A stretch of 64,000 nt of DNA from Candidatus Latescibacterota bacterium (GCA_965217865.1 CBDCJO010000002.1:4096001-4160000); one strand, 5' to 3'; positions 21,346-32,035 are shown, counted from the stretch's first letter. Numbers and translations are program-made. The notes: generated by a model not told the origin, from the sequence alone.

Positions 21346-23598
21346 ATGATACAAGGATTCAAGAATCTGCCGATACGACTGAAGATATCCAGTATTGCTA
21401 CAGTGGTACTTCTGTTGATTTCCTCTTTTGTGTTCCTCTACTTTCCACTAAAACAAAAGGCGCAGGTAACAAGGGCTTTGCAAAACAAAGCAGAGAGCAC
21501 AGCCCAAATGATAGCTAGCGGTGTATCGCTGGCCTTGGGAGAAGGGGATTTGGACTTTGTTCATCAGCTTTTCATTCTTGCGAGGAAGGACTCAGCCATC
21601 GTCTACCTTGGGGTATTGGATGAAAATGGGTCTCAACTCATTTCCTATAACCCCTATAACGTTCTAATACCCTCAAGGTTTGAAGCGGATGCTGGCACCT
21701 TTGAACACAACCAAGTATTACACACAAGAGTCCCTTTACCGATTGAGGAGGGTATACAAGGAAACTTAATCGTTGGCTTCTCACTGGAAGATCGAGATCA
21801 AGAGATCGCCCAAATCCGCTTGGTAGGATTTTTGCTCAGCGCAGCAATCTTTTTGTTAGGCCTATTAATGTCTAGTTACTTGAGCCGACTGATAACCACC
21901 CCCATACAAAGGCTTGTTAAGAGTGTAAATCAGATTGGATCTGGAGGACATTACAGTAACGTAATTGAAAAAGACAGTACAGATGAAATGGGAATACTCA
22001 TAGATGCCTTCAACGATATGAGTGCAAAGATCGAAACGCGTACCATGGAACTGCAACGGTCAGAGGTGCAGATGGAGGCTGTATTAGATACCGTTGGCGA
22101 AGGGATTATCGCAGTAGATGAGAGCTTAAACATTGTTATGGTCAATCAAGAGGCGGTCAATATTTGGAGATGTGGCCATAATGAATTGATCGGTGAAAAT
22201 CTACAGATGCTGATAAAACAGGAGAATCGTGATAAAATAGGTAATGGCTTGGTGCCAGATTTGAATGGGGCCTCTTCGATGCTGGGACAGTGGATGGAAC
22301 TTGAAGGACTTAGAAAGGATGGGTCAGAGTTTCCATTAGAGATCAATATTTCCCAAACAAAGATCGGTGAGCGCCTCCTCTTTACGGCAGCAGTAAGAGA
22401 CATTACCTCGCGGAAGCAGGCCGAGGAGCGCATCCTAGCGCAGGAGAGGCTGGCTTCGGTAGGTCAGCTTGCGGCAGGGATCGCACACGATTTCAACAAT
22501 ATGCTGACAGTTATGACGGGCTTTGCCGAGATTCTGAGGATGCGCTCCGATATATCTGATTACGTCAAGGGGCGTCTTGAGGTGATGATTCAACAGGGCA
22601 AACGTGCAGCACAACTGATAAGCCAAATCCTGGATTTCAGTCGCAAGACCGTTGCCGAGCGACAACCTACGGACTTGGAGCCATTCTTGAAGGAGGCCGT
22701 GAACCTATTTGATCGCACGATGCCAGAAACCATTCAAGTGGTGACCGAAGTTAGGAGAGGAAACTATATCGTCAACGCGAACATGACCCAGCTCCAGCAG
22801 GCCATCACCAATCTGGCGGTTAACGCCAGAGATGCGATGCCAGAGGGTGGAGAACTTCGAATCGGGCTCTCTCTCCTGCGTCTGGAGCCCGGCGACTCCG
22901 TGCCGATTGGATCCTCCACTTCCAGCATTGCTGCTCCTGACGTGGAGCCTGGCAATTGGGTGGTGTTAAAGGTATCTGATACCGGTGTAGGGATGCCGCC
23001 GGAAGTAGTAGCGCGCATCTACGAGCCGTTCTTCACGACCAAACAACCCGGAAAGGGGACCGGTCTTGGACTGGCCCAGATTTACGGCATCGTGAAGCAG
23101 CACGACGGGTATATCGACGTGGAGAGCGAAGTAGGAAAGGGTACATTCTTCACAATCTACCTACCCCAAGCTATAGAGGAGGTCACCCATGTGGAGGAAC
23201 AGGAAACAACCCTCTCGAGAGGTCTCGGGGAGACGATCCTGATGGTGGAGGACGATCCTCAGGTTGGAACGGTGGTCAAGGAAATGCTGGAGCAATTGAA
23301 CTACCGGGTGGTCACGGCATCGAACGGCCGAGAAGCACTTGAGGTTTACGATACGCAACGCGACCAAATCGGGCTTGTGCTTACGGACGTGGTGATGCCG
23401 GACATGGGCGGCCTGGATCTGTTTGAGGCGCTGATAGAGAAAGACCCGAAAGTTCTGGTGGTGGTGATGACGGGGTATCCTTTGGGAGAGGTGGGCCCGA
23501 TTCAGCTACCCGAAGGTGTCAAAGCATTTTTGCAGAAGCCCCTTAGCCTTAACCAGGTGAGCAAGACGCTGAACAATGTACTGGCCAGAGAACGGTAG
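21346..23598 (+). CDS. Hybrid sensor histidine kinase (TM-HAMP-PAS-HisKA-HATPase-REC)
   Basis: GIAHDFNNML H-box, NLAVNARDAM, DTGVGM, GTGLGL, receiver LTDVVMP. Confidence 0.93.
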   Translation: MIQGFKNLPIRLKISSIATVVLLLISSFVFLYFPLKQKAQVTRALQNKAESTAQMIASGVSLALGEGDLDFVHQLFILARKDSAIVYLGVLDENGSQLISYNPYNVLIPSRFEADAGTFEHNQVLHTRVPLPIEEGIQGNLIVGFSLEDRDQEIAQIRLVGFLLSAAIFLLGLLMSSYLSRLITTPIQRLVKSVNQIGSGGHYSNVIEKDSTDEMGILIDAFNDMSAKIETRTMELQRSEVQMEAVLDTVGEGIIAVDESLNIVMVNQEAVNIWRCGHNELIGENLQMLIKQENRDKIGNGLVPDLNGASSMLGQWMELEGLRKDGSEFPLEINISQTKIGERLLFTAAVRDITSRKQAEERILAQERLASVGQLAAGIAHDFNNMLTVMTGFAEILRMRSDISDYVKGRLEVMIQQGKRAAQLISQILDFSRKTVAERQPTDLEPFLKEAVNLFDRTMPETIQVVTEVRRGNYIVNANMTQLQQAITNLAVNARDAMPEGGELRIGLSLLRLEPGDSVPIGSSTSSIAAPDVEPGNWVVLKVSDTGVGMPPEVVARIYEPFFTTKQPGKGTGLGLAQIYGIVKQHDGYIDVESEVGKGTFFTIYLPQAIEEVTHVEEQETTLSRGLGETILMVEDDPQVGTVVKEMLEQLNYRVVTASNGREALEVYDTQRDQIGLVLTDVVMPDMGGLDLFEALIEKDPKVLVVVMTGYPLGEVGPIQLPEGVKAFLQKPLSLNQVSKTLNNVLARER

Positions 23599-23944
23599 CC
23601 ACTCAAGGGCATCAGGTATCCACCGCGAAGCCGTGGAGTCTTAACCCGTGATGGAGGGAAACCACCGTTAAAATTAATCGTTAAATGCCCTTCTATATCT
23701 CCTTCGTTAGGATTTCGAGCTGTGGAGTCAAATTCTACCACGCTCACAGATACACAGCCATAATGAATCAGAATAATGGCCAACAGAGCAGTTGTGAGGA
23801 TTTTTATGAGGTCTTATGCGGGTATTGATTGTTGATGATGAGTTTTGTTACATTTCCTTATTGAACTGGTGAACTTTTAAAGTGGCTACCTTTGTCGAGT
23901 CGGGCATCACCTTCGAGTTTTCGCTTTCATCTCCGAGCCCTGCT

Positions 23945-25900
23945 CTACGCACTTCCCTCTTTGCGCTTCTTTAGAGCCGCCTCGATGCGCGGAATCCAGT
24001 CCTCCGCCTCCCGGGCCAGTGCCATGACAGGAAAAGGGTCCTCGTCGCTCGGTTCGACCTGTGGAAAGAGCAGCTTTTCGGGCCCCAGCACCGGACCCTT
24101 CATATCCAGTACGATCCCCCGCATTGCGGCCAGTGTTCTTCGCGCACGTCGGGACGTCCCGACCTCGCAGTCCCTGATCTTTTCCTCCACCGTGTCCAGG
24201 AAGCCAGGCAATCCTTGCCAGAACGACCGATGGTCTCGAAGTCTTTGCACGCATCCCTCCCAGAACGCCACATCCCTTTTCTGAACCCATTCTTCCAGTG
24301 TACTTCCCCCTGATTTGATGGGCCAGTTGCGTCCCTGCCATGTCCCCGAGACTTTGTGAACAACCTCAACCAGCTCCATCAAAAGATCCGTCATCTCCTC
24401 CGGGACCAGAGGATCGAAAAATTTCTGGTGGAGAGCCTTGCGAAAGTCTTCCATGCTTAGTTCCCTGTCCCAGGTGAATAGATTGAAACCAAACTGTGTG
24501 GCGCGGAAGCATAGCTCCTGCCCGTCGTAAGGCACGTCGTAATCGTGCCACAGGTTTGTCGTCTGGTACCAGCCGGGATCGCATTCGCTCACCACCCCCA
24601 CCATCCCGTCTGCAGCCGCTTCCTGACATTTCTCACTTATGTCCTCAAAGGACATCCGGTTGGCCGGAACCCACACTACGGCATTCGAAAAGTAGTGCTT
24701 GGGTGGAACTTTCGTGCCTCCTCGGGCAGGCATCCCGCCGGGCTGGGGCCGGCAGACCCACACCGTGAATCTCGGATCATCCATGCGGGAGATCTTCTCC
24801 AGATAGTTTACGTCCGTAGAGGCATTGCGGTATCCCAGCGTGATGGAGAGCTCCAGGTCGGGCTTGATCTTCCAGAGGCGTTCGAACAACTCCTCCAGAT
24901 AGCTTGCGAGCGATTCGCAGAACTGGCGGCTGCCGTCCTCGTCGATGACCCTCAAACAGAGTTCGCAGTCACAGCCCCCGTCCTCACCCCTGACCTCGAG
25001 CGCAAGACCTTCCACCCCCGGAAACGTCTCGAGGATTTCCGTCACATACTTTGTCGCGTACTCCCTGGATGCAGGGAAACTCGGACACCGGGATCGTACC
25101 TCCGGGTCTTCCCTGGTGCTGTGTGTATAATGCCATTCAAAAAGCCCAGTGTGCAGGTGAAGCTTGATCCCGCGTTTCCGAGCGTACGCGATGAGCTCTC
25201 GAATGGCATTATTGTTCATGGGACTGTCGCCGTAGCCCCAGGTGTAATCGCGTTTCCGTTCAGAATCCGTCTGTTCTGCCCAGAAGGAATCGGGGACGGA
25301 TTTCGAACGGTACATTCCCGAAATCCAGAACCACTGCCTGTTGAGCCCTGATGCCGCGAAATTGTCGATGACTCCCTTCCACCCCTCCGGGCTGTTCTTG
25401 GCCGCATTACCCCAGCAGGTCAGATTGTAAGCCGATCGATACCCGAAGTCCGGAACCTTCGAGAGCTCCTTTCCTTCAAGCACCAGACTCCGGCCTTCAG
25501 GGAGCCAGGCCCGATCAATCAGGTGTTGAACGCCGTACCGGACCCCGGCTTCAGTCCCTCCGACCACCGCCAGAACAGGCCTCCCGTTCCAAACTGCGCC
25601 CCTTAGGGCGAAGCCCTCCTCTCCCAGCCACTCGAGATTCAGATCCAGGTCCGACTCAAGCTCCTTTAGTATGGGATGTGTTTCAGGCTTGCCGAGCACA
25701 AGCAGCCCACACGACATTTTCCCGATCCGATCGGTCTCCTTTGCCGGAATACGGCGCGCCATTTCTCGACCTACAGCGTCCTGAAAGGTACTGACCGCAT
25801 CCTCGCAACTCCCGTCCCCCGGGGGAACCACGATGCAGGACACAGTCCCGTCGTCAAGGACCATCAGATTAAATTGCCTGGACCTGTAATTCGTCGCCAT
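23945..25900 (-). CDS. Glycoside-hydrolase-like protein (GH20b/GH67-type N-domain + TIM barrel)
   Basis: LGEEGFAL..VVGGTEAGVRYGV..L, PDFGYR, IRELIAYARKRGIKL. Confidence 0.55.
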   Translation of the reverse strand: MATNYRSRQFNLMVLDDGTVSCIVVPPGDGSCEDAVSTFQDAVGREMARRIPAKETDRIGKMSCGLLVLGKPETHPILKELESDLDLNLEWLGEEGFALRGAVWNGRPVLAVVGGTEAGVRYGVQHLIDRAWLPEGRSLVLEGKELSKVPDFGYRSAYNLTCWGNAAKNSPEGWKGVIDNFAASGLNRQWFWISGMYRSKSVPDSFWAEQTDSERKRDYTWGYGDSPMNNNAIRELIAYARKRGIKLHLHTGLFEWHYTHSTREDPEVRSRCPSFPASREYATKYVTEILETFPGVEGLALEVRGEDGGCDCELCLRVIDEDGSRQFCESLASYLEELFERLWKIKPDLELSITLGYRNASTDVNYLEKISRMDDPRFTVWVCRPQPGGMPARGGTKVPPKHYFSNAVVWVPANRMSFEDISEKCQEAAADGMVGVVSECDPGWYQTTNLWHDYDVPYDGQELCFRATQFGFNLFTWDRELSMEDFRKALHQKFFDPLVPEEMTDLLMELVEVVHKVSGTWQGRNWPIKSGGSTLEEWVQKRDVAFWEGCVQRLRDHRSFWQGLPGFLDTVEEKIRDCEVGTSRRARRTLAAMRGIVLDMKGPVLGPEKLLFPQVEPSDEDPFPVMALAREAEDWIPRIEAALKKRKEGSA

Positions 25901-26292
25901 CGCATCCTCTCCTCTTCAGTGTCTGTCTCCTACTCTTCCCCGATCCCTGCTCCATACATCGCAAACATCACGAACATACAAAATCCTTGCCTTCGGTAAA
26001 GGGTTTTGGCCAAGTCGTTCTTGAACATAACGCAAATTCGTTCACGTTCCAAGCAGGTGGGAAAAGCTCCCGGTGAAAATGATTCTTCACAGCTGTATCA
26101 AATCAATGTTATGTGGGTTGATAAGGGGTAGGACGACGTCATGAGGTGGTATAATTTACACATAGATCGAAAATCCCGGGACCCTTTCAGTCTTGATTTC
26201 TATAAAAGATTCCTTATATTCCTGTGTGTTGAAATGCGTTTGAGTTCTGAAATGGATTCAACTTCCTCTGGATCAGAAGAATAAGCCTATTG

Positions 26293-26365
26293 GGCCCGTT
26301 CGTCCAGAGGCCTAGGACGCAGGCCTCTCACGCCTGTAACACGGGTTCGAATCCCGTACGGGCCA
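26293..26365 (+). tRNA. tRNA-Glu (anticodon CTC), CCA not encoded
   Basis: Acceptor GGCCCGT/ACGGGCC, anticodon arm CAGGC-CTCTCAC-GCCTG, T-arm GGTTCGAATCCC. Confidence 0.95.
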
Positions 26366-26382
26366 AAAAGAATATGTGTAAG

Positions 26383-26411
26383 AAAAGGGGAACCCCCAGG
26401 GGTTCCCCTTT
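26383..26411. terminator. Intrinsic terminator after the tRNA (likely bidirectional)
   Basis: AAAAGGGGAACCCC-CA-GGGGTTCCCCTTT. Confidence 0.8.
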
Positions 26412-26583
26412 CAATTTGGTCTAAACGACCAAACGTTTCGCCCGGATCCCTCTTCTTGCTATGCCTTCGAAAGAATCTTCCCCCCCTTTACCTTTCTGGC
26501 CTTTTTCCGACGAAGCAGTTTCCGACGCTGCCGTAATCCTCTCCGCTTAATCTTGGTTCTCACAGTGATCCCTCCAGTTTTTT

Positions 26584-27447
26584 TCAGTGACCGTCTGCCA
26601 ATTGCAGGCTGTTCCATATATCGTCCGCAGGTTTGAGCACTGCGCCTTGATCTTCGGACTCCGTTGAGATTACCACAATGACCGCCCCGGGAGCGAGCCC
26701 CGAGCGCCGTAAGCGATGCACTTTTCCACCGGCGGCCTGCGGAGTGTCAAAACCCTCGATCACGACCCGGGTCAAACCGGATCCCGAGGTCGGCAGGGTT
26801 CGGGGCCCGTATCCCGACTTCCTCAGGCGCTGCGCCATCCTTTGGGCTTCCCGTTTATCTCGATAATCACCGACCTGGACGGCGAACCGATGCTCGATCG
26901 GGGGGGAGACCGACCGAGCATCGGAGGCCGCTGGCTCCTCAAGCGATCGATCGGATCGGTTGATGGAGCTTTGCCCGTGCCCCTCTCTGGGGGAGGATGG
27001 GAGGGGGTTAGGCTGTTTGACCAATCCCACGGATTTAACCGCTGGAATTTGACGATCCCCTGAAGGAATTTCTGGATGATATGCCGCGAGGAGACTTGTC
27101 TTCGGGTTTGGTTTCTTTCCCCCCATCTTCACCCGTTCCTCGGATGGACGGCTGGGCGATGGGCGAGTGGGAGGCGTCCTCTCGAAAAGGCCGATCTGCC
27201 AGAGCACTCCGATCAGGACAAGCGTTATCAATATCAGGTAGAGGAGAAGCTTTGCGGTCAGCCCCAACAGGGATGGACCCTTTTCGTCCTCGGATGGGGC
27301 TTCACCCTGATCTTCCTCCTCTTCCTCCGAAAGGAACAAACCCCTTACTTTCCCCAGGAGGTCGGTTGCGGGCTTCAATTTCTTTTTGAACTTCTCAAAA
27401 CGGGTAAGTTCTTTATGTTCGGATCCATAAGCATAGTAGGTATAGTT
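26584..27447 (-). CDS. Tyr cluster + TM + SPOR domain; probably the C-terminal part of the upstream Wzc
   Basis: FAVQVGDY...AQRMAQRLRKSGY..RVVIEGF SPOR signature; frame continues upstream through YTYYAYG to the Wzc stop. Confidence 0.7.
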   Translation of the reverse strand, partial: NYTYYAYGSEHKELTRFEKFKKKLKPATDLLGKVRGLFLSEEEEEDQGEAPSEDEKGPSLLGLTAKLLLYLILITLVLIGVLWQIGLFERTPPTRPSPSRPSEERVKMGGKKPNPKTSLLAAYHPEIPSGDRQIPAVKSVGLVKQPNPLPSSPREGHGQSSINRSDRSLEEPAASDARSVSPPIEHRFAVQVGDYRDKREAQRMAQRLRKSGYGPRTLPTSGSGLTRVVIEGFDTPQAAGGKVHRLRRSGLAPGAVIVVISTESEDQGAVLKPADDIWNSLQLADGH

Positions 27448-29584
27448 AGCGGAGATCCTGGAAATCCTCGCTTACATCGGCTCGGAGGCCGTTGAGGATG
27501 ACGCCCAGGACCGGGATGTTGACGTTGTCCATCTGAAGCTTTGCCCGTCGCAAAGCCCCACGGGATATCTGGCCGATTTTGTAGACCAGAAGGACTCCGT
27601 CCAGTTTCGTTCCGAGCACGGTTGCATCTGTGGCCTGGAGGATCGGAGGGGAGTCGAACAGGACGATGTCGTATTCCTCTCGTACCTGTGCAATAAACGC
27701 GTCCATCCGTTGGGAGTCGGTGATCTCAGCCGGGTTGGGGGGGATAGCACCGCTAGTGATGATGTTCAAGTTGTCCATCCCCGGGGTCAGCATGATGTCC
27801 TCCATCCCGATCCCGCCGGTCATGATGTCGGTCACCGTGCGAACGACGTCCTTCCAATCGTAATTTCCGAGTATGACATCCGTGAGCCCCGGCTCTCTAT
27901 CAAGGCCGAAAGTCCTGTAGATCGTAGGCCGCCTGAGGTCGCAATCCACGAGTAGAACGCGATTTCCCGCCTGCGCCATGGCGAGGGCGAGGTTTGCGAT
28001 CGAGACGCTCTTTCCCTCCTGGTTGGAGGCGCTTGTTACGGAGATGGCCTTGGCCCCACGCTCGACGTTGACGAACTGAATATTGGTGCGGAGCGCACGG
28101 TAGCTTTCCGCCAGAGTGGATTGCGGGTCGAAGTGGGCTGCCAGCCGGGAGCGCCTATCGAGTGTCTCGTTATCGCTAGCGGGCACCCCTTTTCGGATGA
28201 GAGATTCCTTGACATCGTCGATGTCGATCTGCGGGATGATACCGACCACGGATACACCAAGATATTCCTCGACATCCTCGATTGTTCCGATGGAGGTGTC
28301 CATCGTCTCGGCGATGAAGGCGAAAACGACTCCCAGAATCAGGCCCATGATGGTCCCGACCGCCGAAGTCGTGGTGGGATCGGAGGGGTTGGTGGGTGAA
28401 CCCGGCCTCAGGGCCCTCTGGATGATTTCGACCTCCTGGATCTCTTCCTTGCTTCTGATTTCCGCTTCCTGTGCCCGCTGCTCATAAAAGACAAGGAGTT
28501 CGTTCTTAAGCGAGAGCGCCTGTTCTAAACCGGCGAACTGGAGACCTATTTCCGGGAGTCGGTGATACTCCTTCTTGAGGTCATTCACCTTGGACTGCTG
28601 GATCAGCTCCCGTCGGCGGAGGGCTTCCCGCCGATTCCGGAGCGACTGGACCATGTTCCTGATGAGTTCATTCTTCCTGATGTCGATCTCATGCACCTGC
28701 GGGTGCTGGTTCGTAAACTCGATGAGAAGGGTATTTCGCTGCGCGTTGAGGTCATTCAACTGGGAGTTGAACTTGGCAAAGACCCCGCCCCCCTCGCTTG
28801 GGAGAATCGTCGCAAGGGTGGTTTCGGAGACGGCATCCGGGCTCCCCAGGTTTTTCAACACCTGGCCGATATTCTCGATGGCCGATTGTGTCACACCGAG
28901 GAGCTCTTCCGCACTGTTCAGCTGGCCCAGGACCTGTCCGGTCTGCGTGTCCACGTCCATCATGTTCTCCCGCTGCCGGAACTCTTTAATCCTCCGGGCG
29001 AGGTGGGCCACGCTGTCCCTCACGCTATCGCGCTGACTGAGGATGAATTCACGGGTTTTGAATGCCTGCCTGTTGGTGGTCTCCCGGTTATAGTCCCGAT
29101 AGGCAGCGGCTACTGCGTTTGCCAGGTTCCGTGCGGAATCGGCGTTGGCCGAAGTCGCGTTGATGTTGATGATGCTTGTCAGGCCATCGATACTGGTGGC
29201 GACTTTATTCTTAATCCCGAGGATTGCCGTGATCCGCTTCTCCTCCCTTACCGATGAGGTTAAGGCCTCCGTGGTATCCAGCCTCCCGGTCCGGATGGCC
29301 ACGCGCTCGAGGACCTCGTAGCTGGTGATGATCTCCTTCTGTGTGTCCAGATCGTCGATTCCACTGTAGTAGCTGACCGAGGTGCCGAAGCCGAACGGAT
29401 TTTCAGCCACTTCACTGATCTGGAAGCGCACCTTGGCGTCTGCCTTGAAGATGGGAGCCGGCTTGGAGGCCAACGAAGCGACCAAGCTGAACAGGCCCAG
29501 CATCAAGCCTGCGAAAACGATAATCGTCTTCCGCTTGCGTACGATGCGCCAGTAGTCTCGAAGGTTGACGTCGTATTGAGGCAT
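27446..29584 (-). CDS. wzc: Polysaccharide co-polymerase / BY tyrosine kinase (Wzc/GumC-like)
   Basis: Wzz-type N-terminus, coiled coil, TM, AESYRALRTNI, Walker A QEGKS, VLLVDCDLRRP, IVLFDSPP. Confidence 0.88.
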   Translation of the reverse strand: MPQYDVNLRDYWRIVRKRKTIIVFAGLMLGLFSLVASLASKPAPIFKADAKVRFQISEVAENPFGFGTSVSYYSGIDDLDTQKEIITSYEVLERVAIRTGRLDTTEALTSSVREEKRITAILGIKNKVATSIDGLTSIININATSANADSARNLANAVAAAYRDYNRETTNRQAFKTREFILSQRDSVRDSVAHLARRIKEFRQRENMMDVDTQTGQVLGQLNSAEELLGVTQSAIENIGQVLKNLGSPDAVSETTLATILPSEGGGVFAKFNSQLNDLNAQRNTLLIEFTNQHPQVHEIDIRKNELIRNMVQSLRNRREALRRRELIQQSKVNDLKKEYHRLPEIGLQFAGLEQALSLKNELLVFYEQRAQEAEIRSKEEIQEVEIIQRALRPGSPTNPSDPTTTSAVGTIMGLILGVVFAFIAETMDTSIGTIEDVEEYLGVSVVGIIPQIDIDDVKESLIRKGVPASDNETLDRRSRLAAHFDPQSTLAESYRALRTNIQFVNVERGAKAISVTSASNQEGKSVSIANLALAMAQAGNRVLLVDCDLRRPTIYRTFGLDREPGLTDVILGNYDWKDVVRTVTDIMTGGIGMEDIMLTPGMDNLNIITSGAIPPNPAEITDSQRMDAFIAQVREEYDIVLFDSPPILQATDATVLGTKLDGVLLVYKIGQISRGALRRAKLQMDNVNIPVLGVILNGLRADVSEDFQDLR

Positions 29585-29679
29585 AGTGGAAATGAAAGGT
29601 GAAAAGTGAATAATGCAAATTGCAAAATGAAACTGCGTGTTCAGGACCCGATATTACAGTTTGATTTCCGCAACAATCA

Positions 29680-30799
29680 CTAATCCTCGTTTTTGGGATC
29701 CGCCGGTTTCGGTGCGGATGGAACACCGGTCGAGACCCCCGCTGCACCGAGGCCCGTCCCCGCCGGCACGGAGAGGGTCTGGCCCGGTTGGAAAGATACG
29801 CCCCCAGGGCCCTCGACGATTGGGATGATACCCGCCCCTGATGTGTAGGCGGAAACGATCGTCGCCGGGAGGAACAGGGCATCCAGGATAGGCTCGACGA
29901 GGGATATGACGTGGTTCACGTCGGCCAGAACCTCTCGACCCACGTGGACGACGTCCCCTTGCTCGAGCACCATGTTCTGAGAGGGATCGCCTCTGTAAAG
30001 CTTCCGGGCGTTGACGGAGTAGATCGTCGGGTTATGCGGATTTTCACCCGTCCGGATGACGTGGACCCGACCCTCCGAGCACAAAGACTCGCCGGTCACC
30101 GTGGCCCGCCCCGGCGATAAACAGGATATCACCGTGTTCCACGATGACGTTCTGAGAGTTGTCCCCTTCGGTGAGAGCTTTTCGAAGGTTGAGAGCGTAG
30201 GTCCTTCCCCCCCGTGTCAGGCGGACTTCTTCGAGGCGAGCGTCGGGTTCGGCCCCTCCTGCATCCAGGATCTTCGACAGGGCCCTGGTGCGTCCCTGCA
30301 GGGGGTAGATGCCGCTGCCTCTCTTTTGGCCCCCCACGGCACCTACGGGTATGGAGATGGCTCCGAGGAGAAGCACCCGCTTGCTCACGTATTGTTCGAC
30401 CTTGACCCCGATCCCTGGGGATCGTATGTAGCGGGACATATCCCGGTTCAGGACCTTTTTTAACTGCGAAGGCGTCAATCCCTCGGCCTGGATGTCGAAG
30501 AGGATAGAGAAGGATATCTCGCCTTCCGGACCTACCTCCATCTTTTCAGTGACATTCTCACCGACCCGATGCAGGGTGACTTCGAGGATGTCACCGAATC
30601 CGATGATGTATTCCGGAACTCCGGCCACGAGCTTGAAAGGGAGGTTTTTGGGGTCTGAGTGTATAATATGGCCTCTCGAACCCCGAATCACGTCGGTTGT
30701 GTCAACCGGGATGGTCTCCTCGATCGCCAGGACGGTCATTGGCAGTCCTATTGTCATCGAAGTCGATAAGAGGAAGATATACAATCTGTTATTATTCAT
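29680..30799 (-). CDS. wza: Polysaccharide export protein (Wza-like, Poly_export + SLBB), broken near 30075
   Basis: EYIIGFGDILEV, IQAEGLTPSQL, SLBB repeats; second SLBB jumps from VFVLG to RVHVIR in another frame. Confidence 0.75.
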
Positions 30800-30860
30800 T
30801 TTGAAATTCCCGCTTTAGGAGTCTAAACTGTTCACAATTTTAACCTGTCTGTCTAGTTTT

Positions 30861-30911
30861 GGTCTAATATAGACTATTATACGTGCCCTGTCAAGTCTAA
30901 AATAGACTATT
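30861..30911 (-). promoter_or_regulatory. sigma70 promoter of wza-wzc with two palindromic operators
   Basis: TTGACA(30894-30889)-N17-TATATT; GTCTAA(T/A)ATAGACTATT at 30862-30878 and 30895-30911. Confidence 0.7.
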
Positions 30912-31015
30912 TTAAACAAATATTACCTGATAATTTTCCTGCAAACGGCTATAATCCTTTTTAATCAATTATAATCAATATATTATATATGGTCCATTTC
31001 AGACCATTATGGATT

Positions 31016-31489
31016 TCAGCCGGACATCCCCAGTTCATAAATTTTTTCAAATTCTTTCTTGGTAACGGGTTGTACTGATAACCGCTGTCCTTTTTGGACG
31101 AGCTTCATATCCCGGAGTTCCAGGGTGTTTTTCATTTCCCCTAGGGTCACGAATCTTTTAAGCTTCTTCTTCCATTTGATTTCCACCATCATCCATCTCG
31201 GGTGGTCTGAAGATGACTTCGGGTCATAGTATTTGGATTTCGGATCCCACGCGGTGTGATCCGGGTAGGCCTCTTTCGTGATCTCAGCGATTCCGGGAAT
31301 TCCAGTCTTCTCGCAACTCGAGTGATAGAACAGCACAAGGTCCTTTTCCTTCATGTCGTCTCGCATATAGTTGCGGGCCTGGTAGTTTCTGACACCCTCC
31401 CAATATGTGGTAGCATTAGGTGAGGCCTTGAGATCGTCGAAAGAAAATACTCCGGGTTCAGATTTCATCAGCCAATATCTTCCGGCCAC
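31016..31489 (-). CDS. EVE domain protein
   Basis: YWLMKSEP, WEGVRNYQARN, FYHS, RLSVQPV. Confidence 0.93.
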   Translation of the reverse strand: MAGRYWLMKSEPGVFSFDDLKASPNATTYWEGVRNYQARNYMRDDMKEKDLVLFYHSSCEKTGIPGIAEITKEAYPDHTAWDPKSKYYDPKSSSDHPRWMMVEIKWKKKLKRFVTLGEMKNTLELRDMKLVQKGQRLSVQPVTKKEFEKIYELGMSG

Positions 31490-31504
31490 ATAGACCTCCT
31501 TAAT

Positions 31505-31870
31505 TAAGAAAATGAAAAATGAAAAAGTCAGGGGTCAGGGAAAGCAGCAGCAGTTCCAGGGAAAATCTCACGTCGGCGTTCCAAATATTATAACGTCTTG
31601 GGGGAAATGCAAGGTGTAAAATGGAAAAAGTCAGGGGTCGGAGGTCAGAGGTTAGAGGTTAGAGGTCGGGGAAATTCAAGATCCAACTGAGCCAGTAGCA
31701 GTAGCAATTGGCAGTGGCAGGAAGGCCAAAGTCAGGAGTCGGAGATCGAGGAAATTGAAGATTGAAGATTGAAAATTGAAGACTATTGAAAAGAAATCAA
31801 AATAAGGCGACAAGAAAGTCCTTGGTTGTTCCAAATATTCAATATTTAATGAATAGTGGCAGGGAAGGCC
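31505..31870. repeat. Mosaic short-tandem-repeat intergenic element (example of a dispersed family)
   Basis: Arrays of AAATG(A/G/C)A, T(C/T)AGAGG, GGCAGT and TTGAAGA; 31811-31873 resembles the reverse complement of about 6685-6768. Confidence 0.75.
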
Positions 31871-32035
31871 AAAGACCCTTTGCGCACAAGGTCTGGGGCA
31901 AGTCTGAACTTGGGTGGTATCGCGCTCAGGATGACATCTTTACCCAGGAATCCCATCTCATAGGAACGGAGGTCGGGGAAGGCGCAATCCCTCTGGGGCG
32001 GCACAGGATGCCAAACAAGAGGGAACGAGGAATCC

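Noticed and set aside
26293-26365. tRNA-anchored integrative element
   Set aside because: No integrase and no duplicated tRNA 3' end seen in the window
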